47,591 nt of DNA from a virus (taxonomy: Duplodnaviria; Heunggongvirae; Uroviricota; Caudoviricetes). Where the stretch lies: the IMG/VR virus record IMGVR_UViG_3300045988_142058; one strand, given 5' to 3'. Below the pieces are notes generated by a model. The model had not been told where the DNA came from. It saw only the letters and a list, made by a program, of their open reading frames with translations, and made no database searches. Shown here in pieces: positions 1 to 9,645 of this stretch (the first letter of the stretch is position 1; each line of letters opens with the position of its first letter). The position numbers were made by a program, and so were the translations under genes.

Positions 1-1517
1 GAGGTTGTCACGTACTTGTTATCGCCTGAGACATCAACTGACTTTGTTGCAGCAATTGATGCCATATTAATAGCCGAAGTTTGCCCAACCAGAGAATCGT
101 TGCAGACAAACTTTCCATAGGTAAAACCAAAACTATCCGTCCCGGTTTCGGGAACATCCATATTTGACGATCGCCCCCAACTGGCAGGGCTTTCCGAATT
201 GAGCATGTAGTTCGTTCTTTGCCCCTCAATAAGCAGGCCATCACGTTCAAATCGTGGCTCGTCAATGGCAGCCTCTGTCAGCACACCAGATTTATTTATA
301 TAGGTTGCTTTCGATGCGCGTTTAAACTTTACAACCTTATCGCCAGGCATCGTTATTTCATCATCACCAATAACAATCTTTTTATATGACGGCGAAAACC
401 CCGTAATCATATCCAGTGAATCGTTAAACGGTATCCACACATCAGGTAGCGGTTGAATAATCTTCCGGGCATCCTCCAGTGGCAATGCTTCGATATCCGA
501 GGCTGTTAAAGTAATATCTGACGAACCGTCAAATGAAACGTTGTTAATCTTCCGTGCAGTTTTTAATTTCGTTGCGGTGTCGGCGTTCCCCGTCAGTGCG
601 CCGTTGAGTCCGCCGTTGAAAATCTGGCGTTCACTCCATGTGTTAGCCGTGCTCAACAGGGGGATCTTTTCACCGCTTGTGCCGAGTTCTCTTAAACCAA
701 GGTACTGGATAACAGCAAGGACACTTGTTTTAGCCAGAATATTACGGCCGACTGACGTTAAATCAGCCAGGGCTACTGTGTCTTTACCGGTAAAGTACGG
801 CAATTTATTTGCAGCCGTCGCAAGTCCTGCCAGAGCGGTGAGCGTATCATCTGCTGGTTGTTTTTGCTTTGCTAGGTCAAACACTTCTTTGACGGCTTTT
901 GGCGTTGCAGCGCGCGTTTCAGAAGTACTGTTAGTGTCACTACTGAGTTGAACAATGCCTTTTGAGGTTAAAGTTGCATCAGGATGATTACGTGATTGCT
1001 CATGTTTTACAATGGCTTGCTTAAGTCGCTTTGCTGAAACAGCTAGGGAATCATCTGTACCTGCATCAATTTCTTGTTCATTAGCAAATCTTGCTACTCC
1101 AACAACAGTTTCGGTTGCGGGCGGGTTAATAAACTCAACATCACCAAATGTAATGTTTTTAGTATCAAGATTTTTAATTGCTATATCACTTGATATTAAA
1201 GCAATTGTAGAAGATGCTTTATTTATTATTACTTGTTCTTGCGAGTATACAGCAAACAATGTTCCTTTATTTGTATACAAACCTATTGTATGGACAACAT
1301 ACTCATCTTTACTATCATCCTTCGCAGTTACATGAATGGTATCAGGAGAAACGACTTTGCCTCCTATTGTGGTAAGTCGCTTTATTTCATCTGTTATTTC
1401 TGTTTGTGTGGTTGATGTGACATAATATCTACTACCTAAACCAACAGAAACGATCTCAACTTTATTTGTTCCAGTCTTGTTGGCATTAACCAGCTCCTGA
1501 CGCCCGGCGTCAGTCAT
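1..1517 (-). CDS. Tail fibre protein, N-terminal ~505 codons; gene continues across the circular junction into 46668..47591
   Basis: Minus frame open from ATG at 1517 (possible GTG at 1538 with AAGGA RBS) to position 1; absent from ORF track because no stop in window. Manual translation MTDAGRQELVNANKTG... contains fibre-type repeat [27 protein letters not shown]. Confidence 0.7.
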   Translation of the reverse strand, partial: MTDAGRQELVNANKTGTNKVEIVSVGLGSRYYVTSTTQTEITDEIKRLTTIGGKVVSPDTIHVTAKDDSKDEYVVHTIGLYTNKGTLFAVYSQEQVIINKASSTIALISSDIAIKNLDTKNITFGDVEFINPPATETVVGVARFANEQEIDAGTDDSLAVSAKRLKQAIVKHEQSRNHPDATLTSKGIVQLSSDTNSTSETRAATPKAVKEVFDLAKQKQPADDTLTALAGLATAANKLPYFTGKDTVALADLTSVGRNILAKTSVLAVIQYLGLRELGTSGEKIPLLSTANTWSERQIFNGGLNGALTGNADTATKLKTARKINNVSFDGSSDITLTASDIEALPLEDARKIIQPLPDVWIPFNDSLDMITGFSPSYKKIVIGDDEITMPGDKVVKFKRASKATYINKSGVLTEAAIDEPRFERDGLLIEGQRTNYMLNSESPASWGRSSNMDVPETGTDSFGFTYGKFVCNDSLVGQTSAINMASIAATKSVDVSGDNKYVTT

Positions 1518-1568
1518 CGTAAATAATAATTTACTCACGCTTAATTCCTTGAATTAACAAATCGCAAA

Positions 1569-2150
1569 TTAGCACTCACCAATTAATCGTACATAAGACA
1601 CAGGCTGGAAAGCACCGACAATACCAACACCACCTGAAACATTGGTTGCTTGCGAAAATGTAAATAGTGTTCTTGCCGACTTTGCACTCTTGATACTTCT
1701 TAACGTATCCTCCAACATCTCTTTCGAAGGAACAGCACCATGAAAAGAGTTAATCGAAGCAACAATTGAGGCTGTATATGGTTCGCCAGGTGGTGATGTT
1801 TCAAACCATTCTGTTATGTTTACCTCTCCACCCAAGCTATTTACTACATCTTCAACCGCTGCCCTTGTACCCTTTATTCGCTTTGTTCGTATTATTGATT
1901 TAAAAACAGAACGCTTTAACGATACAGGCCAACTATCCCTCCATGTATCAGCATTCCATTGCCAAGCTAAATGATCGAGAACAACTGAGTCCAGGTTATC
2001 AACAACGCTATATATTTCTGTCTTATATATTAAATTGTTAATTGCTTGTAGTTCATCATCGATAGCTTTCGACATAGCTATCACGTTCGGATCTCTAGCT
2101 AAGTTAGGAGGTAAAACATCCAACAAGCTAACATTAAAGATATCAGCCAT
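1569..2150 (-). CDS. Tail/baseplate protein, P2 gpI-like
   Basis: 193 aa; sits between baseplate J-like gene and tail fibre, the P2/Mu gpI position; 8-nt overlap with upstream gene. Confidence 0.5.
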   Translation of the reverse strand: MADIFNVSLLDVLPPNLARDPNVIAMSKAIDDELQAINNLIYKTEIYSVVDNLDSVVLDHLAWQWNADTWRDSWPVSLKRSVFKSIIRTKRIKGTRAAVEDVVNSLGGEVNITEWFETSPPGEPYTASIVASINSFHGAVPSKEMLEDTLRSIKSAKSARTLFTFSQATNVSGGVGIVGAFQPVSYVRLIGEC

Positions 2151-3267
2151 CCTCTAACCCCGCATACTGGCAATTTATATTTCTCTCTCTGGCGACCTGC
2201 GTCTCTCCAACCACAGTAAATACAGGACTTGATATTTCTAATCTTTTAGCCCCAGCATTTTTTAAACGTTGAATAATTTCATCTGGATTTATATCTCTTC
2301 CCATAACCGAACGTTGCCATTGTTTATACTCATCAATAGCTTTCTCAACCTCACTTTGAATTAATGTTGTTCTGTTTTTGTCCGATGAGTTAATCCAGTA
2401 TTTAATTATTATATCGTATTCAATGCTCTCTGGTTTCTTAACAAGAACTTTATCTGTGAATGGTCGAATATTAGTTGCAGAGAGAACGCTATTTATCTGC
2501 TCCAATAGTTCATCAGAAGGTATATCTCCGTTCTCTAACAAAGAACGGATTTCTACAGTTCCGGGCGATGGTGTATATACATTCACATCTTTTATATTCT
2601 GATTGGCTGTTCTTGTCCAATATTTATAAGAATCCTCCGGCCCTGCTGTAGACAGTTTTTCCGGCGACAGTTTTATTCTTTCAGCATAATTATCATCTGA
2701 CTCTGTATCAGCACCAGAATTAGATGTTGTTAGATTCCTTACGCTAGAAACATACGGCAACGGAGTCACCAACTCATTTATTTGCCCTGGTAAAAAGCCA
2801 TTCCCCGATAAACCAGGTATAACAGCATATCCTGAGACTGTACCAACTGTTTTCCCAGCAGGTATTTCCAACAAAACATCTGTTTGGAAAATAACACCAT
2901 TTCCAGTTGAAACTTGAGTGCCAGAAGGTATTGTATATATCCCCGATAATTTTGTTGACAGATTAAACTCAAATGTAGTCAAGGCAGATTGAGCTTCCAG
3001 CCTAGGCGTATCCGTCAGATAGCCTATATGGTCGAGATATTCACCTTCACCATATGTAAGAAGGTTTTGTTTTGCAGAAAAATCGATAGCTTTTCTTTGC
3101 TGTATAATAATCTCACACAATGATAAGATGAATAATCTACGTGGATCAGCAGGTGCTAATGTTTCACCTGTTATACTCTCAAAAGCTCTGATTGAACGAG
3201 TTGTTATATCAGTCGGGTTAGAATCTGCGAAAGTAATATCTGGCAAACCACCACGCGGCAACGTCAT
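2143..3267 (-). CDS. Baseplate J-like protein
   Basis: 374 aa; size and position downstream of gpW-like gene match baseplate J family. Confidence 0.65.
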   Translation of the reverse strand: MTLPRGGLPDITFADSNPTDITTRSIRAFESITGETLAPADPRRLFILSLCEIIIQQRKAIDFSAKQNLLTYGEGEYLDHIGYLTDTPRLEAQSALTTFEFNLSTKLSGIYTIPSGTQVSTGNGVIFQTDVLLEIPAGKTVGTVSGYAVIPGLSGNGFLPGQINELVTPLPYVSSVRNLTTSNSGADTESDDNYAERIKLSPEKLSTAGPEDSYKYWTRTANQNIKDVNVYTPSPGTVEIRSLLENGDIPSDELLEQINSVLSATNIRPFTDKVLVKKPESIEYDIIIKYWINSSDKNRTTLIQSEVEKAIDEYKQWQRSVMGRDINPDEIIQRLKNAGAKRLEISSPVFTVVGETQVARERNINCQYAGLEDG

Positions 3268-3584
3268 TCTCTAACTCCTATCACAAGTTTTGGCCTAATA
3301 AAACCATCAGAAACGTCCGTTCTTTCAAAAGTAACAGAATGGATAATCGCTCTAGGCTCAAACTCACTAATTTTTTGAATTATTTCTCGTGTTGCTGTAG
3401 CAATAAAAATTGGACTGGGGCTATCAACAAGACTTGAATTAACTCCTAATTTTCTGGCATATGGTACAGTGCCTATCTGAGTATTAATAATAGTAGAGAC
3501 ATTTTGCAAAACTTCTTCTACAACTGTTTTGGGCGACCAATCAATCGAGTAAGAAGGTGATGATATGGTAAACGTATTATTCAT
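3264..3584 (-). CDS. Baseplate wedge protein, gpW/GP46-like
   Basis: 106 aa; overlaps neighbours by 4 nt; V-W-J-I gene order. Confidence 0.5.
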   Translation of the reverse strand: MNNTFTISSPSYSIDWSPKTVVEEVLQNVSTIINTQIGTVPYARKLGVNSSLVDSPSPIFIATATREIIQKISEFEPRAIIHSVTFERTDVSDGFIRPKLVIGVRE

Positions 3585-4048
3585 AATAATTTACCTAACG
3601 CACTTCTAGTTTTTGACTCTATATTGCCAGTAATATCAACTAATGCTTCTTTCAGAGAGGTCTGTCCGACTTCCTGTAATTTAATGCCAACGATAATCAC
3701 TCGTGGATTCCCAGTTGGACCGAAATAAGTCCATGATTCCTCTATATCTGTAATTATAAAATTACCAAAATACTGAATGCCAATTACAACAGGATTTACT
3801 TCCTGAATTGATTGCATTGTCCTAAGTAATGAAAGCGCAGCCAATGGAACAATGCCAAGTGTTGTATCCAACCGCATATTAAAACTAACTTCATCCAGAT
3901 CTGGACCTATATCCTCCAGAACAGGTTTAAGCCCAATAACATCATGGCGCGCTACACGACGCTTTGACGTCCTTTTAAAATTGTTGAACGTATTCACCAC
4001 TATTGATGAGGCAACAAAAGGCATTGTACCAAGCATACCCACAATCAT
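3581..4048 (-). CDS. Hypothetical tail/baseplate-associated protein
   Basis: 155 aa, translationally coupled within the baseplate cluster. Confidence 0.4.
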   Translation of the reverse strand: MIVGMLGTMPFVASSIVVNTFNNFKRTSKRRVARHDVIGLKPVLEDIGPDLDEVSFNMRLDTTLGIVPLAALSLLRTMQSIQEVNPVVIGIQYFGNFIITDIEESWTYFGPTGNPRVIIVGIKLQEVGQTSLKEALVDITGNIESKTRSALGKLL

Positions 4049-4665
4049 GCCTGAGCCTCCGTTGTCGGAGCGTATTCCCCCTGAGCTGTGTGATGGTGGC
4101 CTTTAGATTTAATCCCATCAACATCTATATCACCATCAACAACCTTAACATTCCCAGAAATTGTAGCTGCAACACCTCCAGCAGAAGATCCTTTCATTCC
4201 ACCTTTGAAGGTTAGTAATCCTTCAACTGTAGCATTTCCGGTAATGATGGTTTCTGGAGCATCAATAGTTACGGTTCCTGTAGCCTTAACGGTTACATCT
4301 CCGACAGCATCAACAAGGAGTAAATTAGATTCTCTGTCTATCTCAATACGAGTTCCGTTATTAAATCTAATGACGCGTTTATTAACAGTATTAGATGGCG
4401 GCTTCTGTGTTTCATCATAAAAACTACCAAGAATAAAACCTTGTTGCGGCCCTGCGGGATGAAAGATACACAAAACTTGCTCACCAATATCTGGCATCCA
4501 GTAATCAGCATTCTTATCTGTATTTTTCACAATAACTGATAACTTTGCCGAAGTGACGTTATCCTGATCATCGAAAGTAACTCTTGCTGTAACATCACCA
4601 TCATCAATATCAGAAACAACGCCAACTCTTATAATCTGACGTAATAATGTTTCTAAATCATTCAT
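4045..4665 (-). CDS. Baseplate spike/assembly protein V-like
   Basis: 206 aa; N-terminal OB-like region (VGVVSDIDDGDVTARVTF), Gly-rich beta-helical C-terminus with HHH. Confidence 0.6.
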   Translation of the reverse strand: MNDLETLLRQIIRVGVVSDIDDGDVTARVTFDDQDNVTSAKLSVIVKNTDKNADYWMPDIGEQVLCIFHPAGPQQGFILGSFYDETQKPPSNTVNKRVIRFNNGTRIEIDRESNLLLVDAVGDVTVKATGTVTIDAPETIITGNATVEGLLTFKGGMKGSSAGGVAATISGNVKVVDGDIDVDGIKSKGHHHTAQGEYAPTTEAQA

Positions 4666-4667
4666 AA

Positions 4668-5669
4668 TTAATACCCATTAATTACTCTTCGGATATCAAT
4701 CGAGGTGGTATAACCACTAACCCCAATTGAATGCACAGCTTTCGATATAAGATATTTTCCAGAAAATGAACCGAATCCGTCCAGATTTATAGTTACACCA
4801 GCTACCAATCTGGTGTCTCCAACCAATACTAAAGATCCGGTATTTTGATATCTATTTTTAAGCCGCAAAGCAGCCTTTGCCTTACGTTTTGCTTCATCTA
4901 AATTAGCTACCAGTTTTCTTATCTTAAGATTCGACCCTTCTTCTACGGATGGATCTACCCAAGTATACGAAAGCGACTTTCTTTTTTTAGGTACGCGATA
5001 TTTGCACGTGCAACTTTTATACAAATCTGTAGATTGTGTGCTAAAGCTATATCTGATTATCTCATCAATACCTAACGTAAGCGTAGCGATAGGATCTTTT
5101 TGCTCAAACATCTCTTGAGCAAATATTATTAATTGGCTATCAGTGACCTTTAACGACAACCCTTCATCCTGGCAAAGTCGATGGAGAAATTTTAAATCGC
5201 TTTCCTCCATTTGATCTTCACGCGCATAATATGGATTACTATCACCATCAATAAGAAACAACAGTTCAAGGTTAGCTAATTTAGCTATAGAAGTTGCTAT
5301 ATCTTTAAGAGTTGTTTTTTCCCATGCATTACTTTTTAAATCACGTCTAATGCCTGATGAAACAGGAACAGAAACAGCAGTCACCTCAACAACAGAAGGT
5401 GGTCCAGAGCAAGTTATGCCATCTACCTGGAATTTCCCGCACTCAAGGACGATTTGATTTATAGGCTTAAAGCTCAAATCAATAAAATCACCCTTTTTAG
5501 GTGTCCAGTCTCCAGACCATTTCCCATCATCATTTTTTAATATAATAGAAATATCATCGACCTGACCATCTTCATTATCTGTATAAGACATTGACAAAAC
5601 ATCAGGTGACATATGAGCGGTAATATTTACATTCTGATATATAACATCAAAAAGCGTTTTACGTAACAC
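4668..5669 (-). CDS. Tail protein, P2 gpD-like
   Basis: 333 aa; follows tape measure and gpX-like gene as in P2-type tails. Confidence 0.5.
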   Translation of the reverse strand: MLRKTLFDVIYQNVNITAHMSPDVLSMSYTDNEDGQVDDISIILKNDDGKWSGDWTPKKGDFIDLSFKPINQIVLECGKFQVDGITCSGPPSVVEVTAVSVPVSSGIRRDLKSNAWEKTTLKDIATSIAKLANLELLFLIDGDSNPYYAREDQMEESDLKFLHRLCQDEGLSLKVTDSQLIIFAQEMFEQKDPIATLTLGIDEIIRYSFSTQSTDLYKSCTCKYRVPKKRKSLSYTWVDPSVEEGSNLKIRKLVANLDEAKRKAKAALRLKNRYQNTGSLVLVGDTRLVAGVTINLDGFGSFSGKYLISKAVHSIGVSGYTTSIDIRRVINGY

Positions 5670-5877
5670 TATTGCGTCTCCACGGAGGCAAATTGTTTAC
5701 TGATATTGGCATAACCGGAGCATCAGGAACTTTAAGAATAATTCCCGCAGAAAAAAGCACCGTGAAGCGGTGCTCAGTATTAGCATCAATAAGAAGATAA
5801 GACAGGTACTCATTACCATACAACTTTAACGCGATACTATCCCATGAGTCCCCTTGAACCGTTCTATAATCATCCAA
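5659..5877 (-). CDS. Tail protein X-like (LysM-like fold)
   Basis: 72 aa; YRTVQGDSWDSIALKLYG motif resembles P2 gpX/LysM; directly after tape measure. Confidence 0.45.
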   Translation of the reverse strand: MDDYRTVQGDSWDSIALKLYGNEYLSYLLIDANTEHRFTVLFSAGIILKVPDAPVMPISVNNLPPWRRNSVT

Positions 5878-8662
5878 AACTTAATCTCCGTTGTTGGAAC
5901 ATATGAGCACTCAATTTCTTCTCAAAATCAGAATATCCAGCATCTAATGCTCTTTTAGCTGCCGCCTCAGTTTCCTTTGGTGAACCAGCCGGAAGATTGA
6001 TTACAGGTGAATAGGTTATTCCACCAGTCACAGCGTTAACGTTCTGGCGAGGTCCAGAAGTCCCGGCGGCAGATATCCCGTGAGGTGATAAATTTGATTG
6101 CCCGAACTTGGTTGCTATTGCATTTTGTAAGCTGTTATTCCTGCTAACACCTGATGCCAGAGTAGTCATTATTGCACCACCTGACTTTGTTAGCTGTGAG
6201 AATGGACCTTTTTTCGCGTCAGAGAACGGTAAATACTCACGTACAGAAGAAAAAACGCCTTTCACTTCATTAATTAAAGCATTTGCTTTTGATTTTATCC
6301 CAGTGATTAACGTCTCAATTATTTTTGCACCTGACTCACTCCAGTTTATTCCAGATAAATAAGCCGTTACAGATTGGAATGCTCTTATAAAGAGTCCAAC
6401 TGGTGAAAAACGCATAAAAACAGATACCAGTGTATCTATGATTTTCTTTCCTGTTTCGCTCCAGTTAATGCCAGAAAGGTAATTTGTTGTAAGTTTAAAT
6501 GCTTTAATTAAGAACGGAAGCGGAGACATCCATTTAAAAGCACTAATTAATGTACTGTAAATTCTTACTCCTGCCGAACTCCAGTTTATGTTGGAAAGAT
6601 AATCCCATGCTTTACCAAACATAGATATAATCCATCCATTGAGGTCAAAGTTTAAGATAAAGTTTTTTATAGCCTCAAATGATTTAACTGTATATTCCTT
6701 AACAGAAGGCCAAACTCTGACAGCATAATCTCTGATCTTATCCCAATTCTGATAGAGCAATATTCCTGCGGCAACCAGTGCAGATATAGCCATCTGAATC
6801 CACCCGAAGGGTGTTAGCTTTGTCGCTACAGATAAAGCCAGCATAGCTACCCTACACGCTATAACCACACTTTTCATGGTTAGAAACGCACCTGCCGCCA
6901 TCACAATCTGAGACACAAAATTGGGGTTGTTAGCTACAAATTCACTAATTTTTGTAATCAGCGGAACCAAAACACTAAGCGCGGCATTCAAAGCTGGTTG
7001 CAAGGCCTGACCAAAACTTAATGATGCATTGCTAGCCTGAATACGTAATTGTTTCAATCGCTCCGCATTGTCTTTCGTTATATTGGCAAAATCGCGGTCA
7101 ATAACAGCACTTCCAGCCCCAAGAGATGTTGCTTTGATTCTCTGGTATTCCTTCCAGTTTTGAATCATCGGACGAACAAAGTTCTGAACCTGCATATCGC
7201 CAAATAGCTCACCAAGTAACTTCTGATCTCCGTTCTTAGTCATTTTCATGACAGAATGCATTGCAGCTTCGAATGGATTCTTCCCTTTTTTCTGCGCTGT
7301 TGTGACAATTTTATATAAATCTACACCGAAATTTTTCTTTGCTTTTTTTAGTGTTTCAGGGGAAAGTATTTTCGCCAAAAAGTTGTTCATATTATTAGCA
7401 GCCTCATCCGAAGTTGCAGCACCTTTGCGAGCTATCTGCAAAGCTGCCCCCATCGTCGCGGCGGCTTCTTTACCTCCCATTTTTAATGCCTGGAACTGAG
7501 CACCAAGCACAGGAAGATTTTTGGCCATATCTTTAAATTCAAAGTTTCCCTCTTTCCCTGCCTGAACCAGAATCCCCATTGCAGACTTCATTTGAGATGG
7601 ATCAATCTTCAATGAGTCACTTAATGTAAATGATGCTTTCGAGACATCGAGGATATCAGAGCCAGTAGCTGTAGCTGTTCGCCCAATAGTTAGTAGATTC
7701 GCCTGAGCCTCTTTATAATCCTGCCCAGCAGCGACGAGAAAACCCTGAGCGGCCTGAATATCAGATGCAAACTGGTTGGTGGCCGTTCCGGTAACAAGCA
7801 TCGCCTGCCCCATCGCCTGAACTTCTTCCGGCTTCATATCTGCCGTAAGACCAATCATTTTGTTTTCACGATTGAAATTTGCTGCATTGTTAGCAGCAGC
7901 AAATGCACCAGCCGCTACAGCACCAGTTTGTAATCCTGACCTTACAAGTTGACTCTTTGCCTCACCAAGATGCTCTCGCTTCAATTCACGCTGCCTTTCC
8001 AACGCGCGGTTTAACTCCTCCTGAGCACGTTTTACTGCAAGAACATTTTTCCGTGCTTCAGCCAACGCATTTTTATAGCTGTTAATTTTATCAATACGTT
8101 GTTTTTCTAATGCCCGGTTAAGTTCCTCCTGCTGTTTTTTCACTTGCTGAACATTTGCTCTGGCTAAAGCCAAAGCTGTTCTGTAGCGGTTAACCTGCTC
8201 AACGCTACGGGCCTGAGCCTCACGATTACGATCAATGCTTGCTTTAAGCTCTTTCTCTCTTGAGGCCAAAGCTCTGGCAGATGTATCAGCTCCCTGATAC
8301 GCAGACTTTAAAGCGGCCAGTTCTTCACGCTGAGAACGTAGTGATGCTCGTAAATTTGATGAATGTGTTTTTGCCTTCTCAAAGTCACGAAGCATCGCTC
8401 TGGTTGGATTGGCCGTGTTTTTTATTTGCTTCTGTAACTCTTCAACGCGAGCGGCAGCTTTATGATATTCGAGGGCAGTCTGTCCAACCTTTACTTTTAC
8501 AGATTGTAGCTTTTGAATTTCCCCATGTTCTTTCGTTAATCCAGCAAGCTCGGCATTTAATTTAGCAACAGCCTGATTAGCTGTAGTAAAACTTTTGGGG
8601 AGAGAGGCGGCAACTTTGCCGCCAATTTCAAAAGCCAGCTTAAAGTTCTTATTGCTGGCCAT
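5870..8662 (-). CDS. Tail tape measure protein
   Basis: 930 aa; coiled-coil N-terminal third with repeated QQVKKQQEELNRALE segments, hydrophobic middle, repeated W-rich C-terminal motifs; follows chaperone pair. Confidence 0.8.
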   Translation of the reverse strand: MASNKNFKLAFEIGGKVAASLPKSFTTANQAVAKLNAELAGLTKEHGEIQKLQSVKVKVGQTALEYHKAAARVEELQKQIKNTANPTRAMLRDFEKAKTHSSNLRASLRSQREELAALKSAYQGADTSARALASREKELKASIDRNREAQARSVEQVNRYRTALALARANVQQVKKQQEELNRALEKQRIDKINSYKNALAEARKNVLAVKRAQEELNRALERQRELKREHLGEAKSQLVRSGLQTGAVAAGAFAAANNAANFNRENKMIGLTADMKPEEVQAMGQAMLVTGTATNQFASDIQAAQGFLVAAGQDYKEAQANLLTIGRTATATGSDILDVSKASFTLSDSLKIDPSQMKSAMGILVQAGKEGNFEFKDMAKNLPVLGAQFQALKMGGKEAAATMGAALQIARKGAATSDEAANNMNNFLAKILSPETLKKAKKNFGVDLYKIVTTAQKKGKNPFEAAMHSVMKMTKNGDQKLLGELFGDMQVQNFVRPMIQNWKEYQRIKATSLGAGSAVIDRDFANITKDNAERLKQLRIQASNASLSFGQALQPALNAALSVLVPLITKISEFVANNPNFVSQIVMAAGAFLTMKSVVIACRVAMLALSVATKLTPFGWIQMAISALVAAGILLYQNWDKIRDYAVRVWPSVKEYTVKSFEAIKNFILNFDLNGWIISMFGKAWDYLSNINWSSAGVRIYSTLISAFKWMSPLPFLIKAFKLTTNYLSGINWSETGKKIIDTLVSVFMRFSPVGLFIRAFQSVTAYLSGINWSESGAKIIETLITGIKSKANALINEVKGVFSSVREYLPFSDAKKGPFSQLTKSGGAIMTTLASGVSRNNSLQNAIATKFGQSNLSPHGISAAGTSGPRQNVNAVTGGITYSPVINLPAGSPKETEAAAKRALDAGYSDFEKKLSAHMFQQRRLSFG

Positions 8663-8667
8663 TAGTA

Positions 8668-8850
8668 TTAATCCTCATTAAACACGTCAATCCATGCGAC
8701 GATTCGCCTCAACCGAAGCGAAAGCCAGTAGGATATAGGTGTTGATTGAGATGATTGAGATAGAGAACTCGCGGCCCTCATTATTTGCTTATCAATAGGT
8801 TTTTGCTCATCAAAACCTACGAGAGCAAAAAATTCTGTACCTTTTGGCAA
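8668..8850 (-). CDS. Frameshift extension of tail assembly chaperone (E'-like, -1 frame)
   Basis: -1 frame ORF overlapping 3' end of 8817..9098; reading FFALVG... after slip at heptamer 8826..8832. Confidence 0.5.
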   Translation of the reverse strand: MPKGTEFFALVGFDEQKPIDKQIMRAASSLSQSSQSTPISYWLSLRLRRIVAWIDVFNED

Positions 8851-9098
8851 ACTTTAACAAAGTCTTTCGCTGGCAATCCATTCAGATACTCTATCGGACG
8901 GCCAATACAGCGAGCAGCCAGAGCAACGTGGACTTTATGATCAAGTGATGTTTGAACTGTAACATGCCCTTGAGATTGTAGTAAGTCCGATACTTCTAAA
9001 ATATCGCTGCCTTTTAGGTTGTCTAAATCAAGGTTGAGTTCAGTCACCGGCTCGAAGTCTTCAAAACGATACTCTTTACTTAATTTAACGGTTTCCAT
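8817..9098 (-). CDS. Tail assembly chaperone, gpE-like
   Basis: 93 aa between tube and tape measure; ends in slippery T_TTT_TTG. Confidence 0.55.
   Translation of the reverse strand: METVKLSKEYRFEDFEPVTELNLDLDNLKGSDILEVSDLLQSQGHVTVQTSLDHKVHVALAARCIGRPIEYLNGLPAKDFVKVCQKVQNFLLS
8826..8832 (-). other. Putative -1 programmed frameshift slippery heptamer T_TTT_TTG
   Basis: Zero-frame codons aaT TTT TTG two codons before chaperone stop; -1 frame continues 58 codons to 8668. Confidence 0.5.
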
Positions 9099-9107
9099 TT
9101 TGTCACC

Positions 9108-9629
9108 TTATAAACCTAAATCATCACGAACGCTTTTTAATATATCTTCACCATCGAAGATACAAATAAAGTTCAATTTATCAATTTCCAGGACTTCTTT
9201 TCCATCAATAAATAATTTGATATAGAGAACTTCAAATTCATTCTCTGAATCAGTAGCCTTTGCCACCTGTAGCGAACCTAAATCCAGTTTTTTAGGGTTT
9301 AGCTTCATTGAAGCCCGAATGGGAACCGTTTTATATTTTCCTGTTCCGGCATCATAAACCTGCTGGCTACCACGAAAATCTACCTGATGCGATGAGGATA
9401 GAAATAATTTTGTACCAGCAGAGGTTAGGGTTCGCCATTTAAGAGAGACGGTCATTGGTTTGAAATGCCCCAGCGTTCCGCTCTCAAGCTCTCCAGCAAT
9501 ACCTGCACCACTAACTGTCTCTGTCATCATCTCGATTGATGGCAGCTTTGCGTCAGCAACACCGATAATACGGTTTCCCTCACCGTATACTGTAAAGTTA
9601 ATAAGTCTCTCAGGAATTTGATTGCTCAA
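9108..9629 (-). CDS. Tail tube protein
   Basis: 173 aa immediately downstream of sheath gene. Confidence 0.6.
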   Translation of the reverse strand: MSNQIPERLINFTVYGEGNRIIGVADAKLPSIEMMTETVSGAGIAGELESGTLGHFKPMTVSLKWRTLTSAGTKLFLSSSHQVDFRGSQQVYDAGTGKYKTVPIRASMKLNPKKLDLGSLQVAKATDSENEFEVLYIKLFIDGKEVLEIDKLNFICIFDGEDILKSVRDDLGL

Positions 9630-9645
9630 AGCAACCTCCTATTAT

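Noticed and set aside
8-265. 85-aa minus-strand ORF in the ORF track
   Set aside because: Out of frame with and embedded in the tail-fibre gene, whose frame is open through 1..1517 and continues across the junction; the fibre is missing from the track only because it has no stop inside the window.
541-1415. Plus-strand ORFs 541..951, 1012..1335, 1233..1415
   Set aside because: Antisense to the tail-fibre gene; no RBS or partner context.
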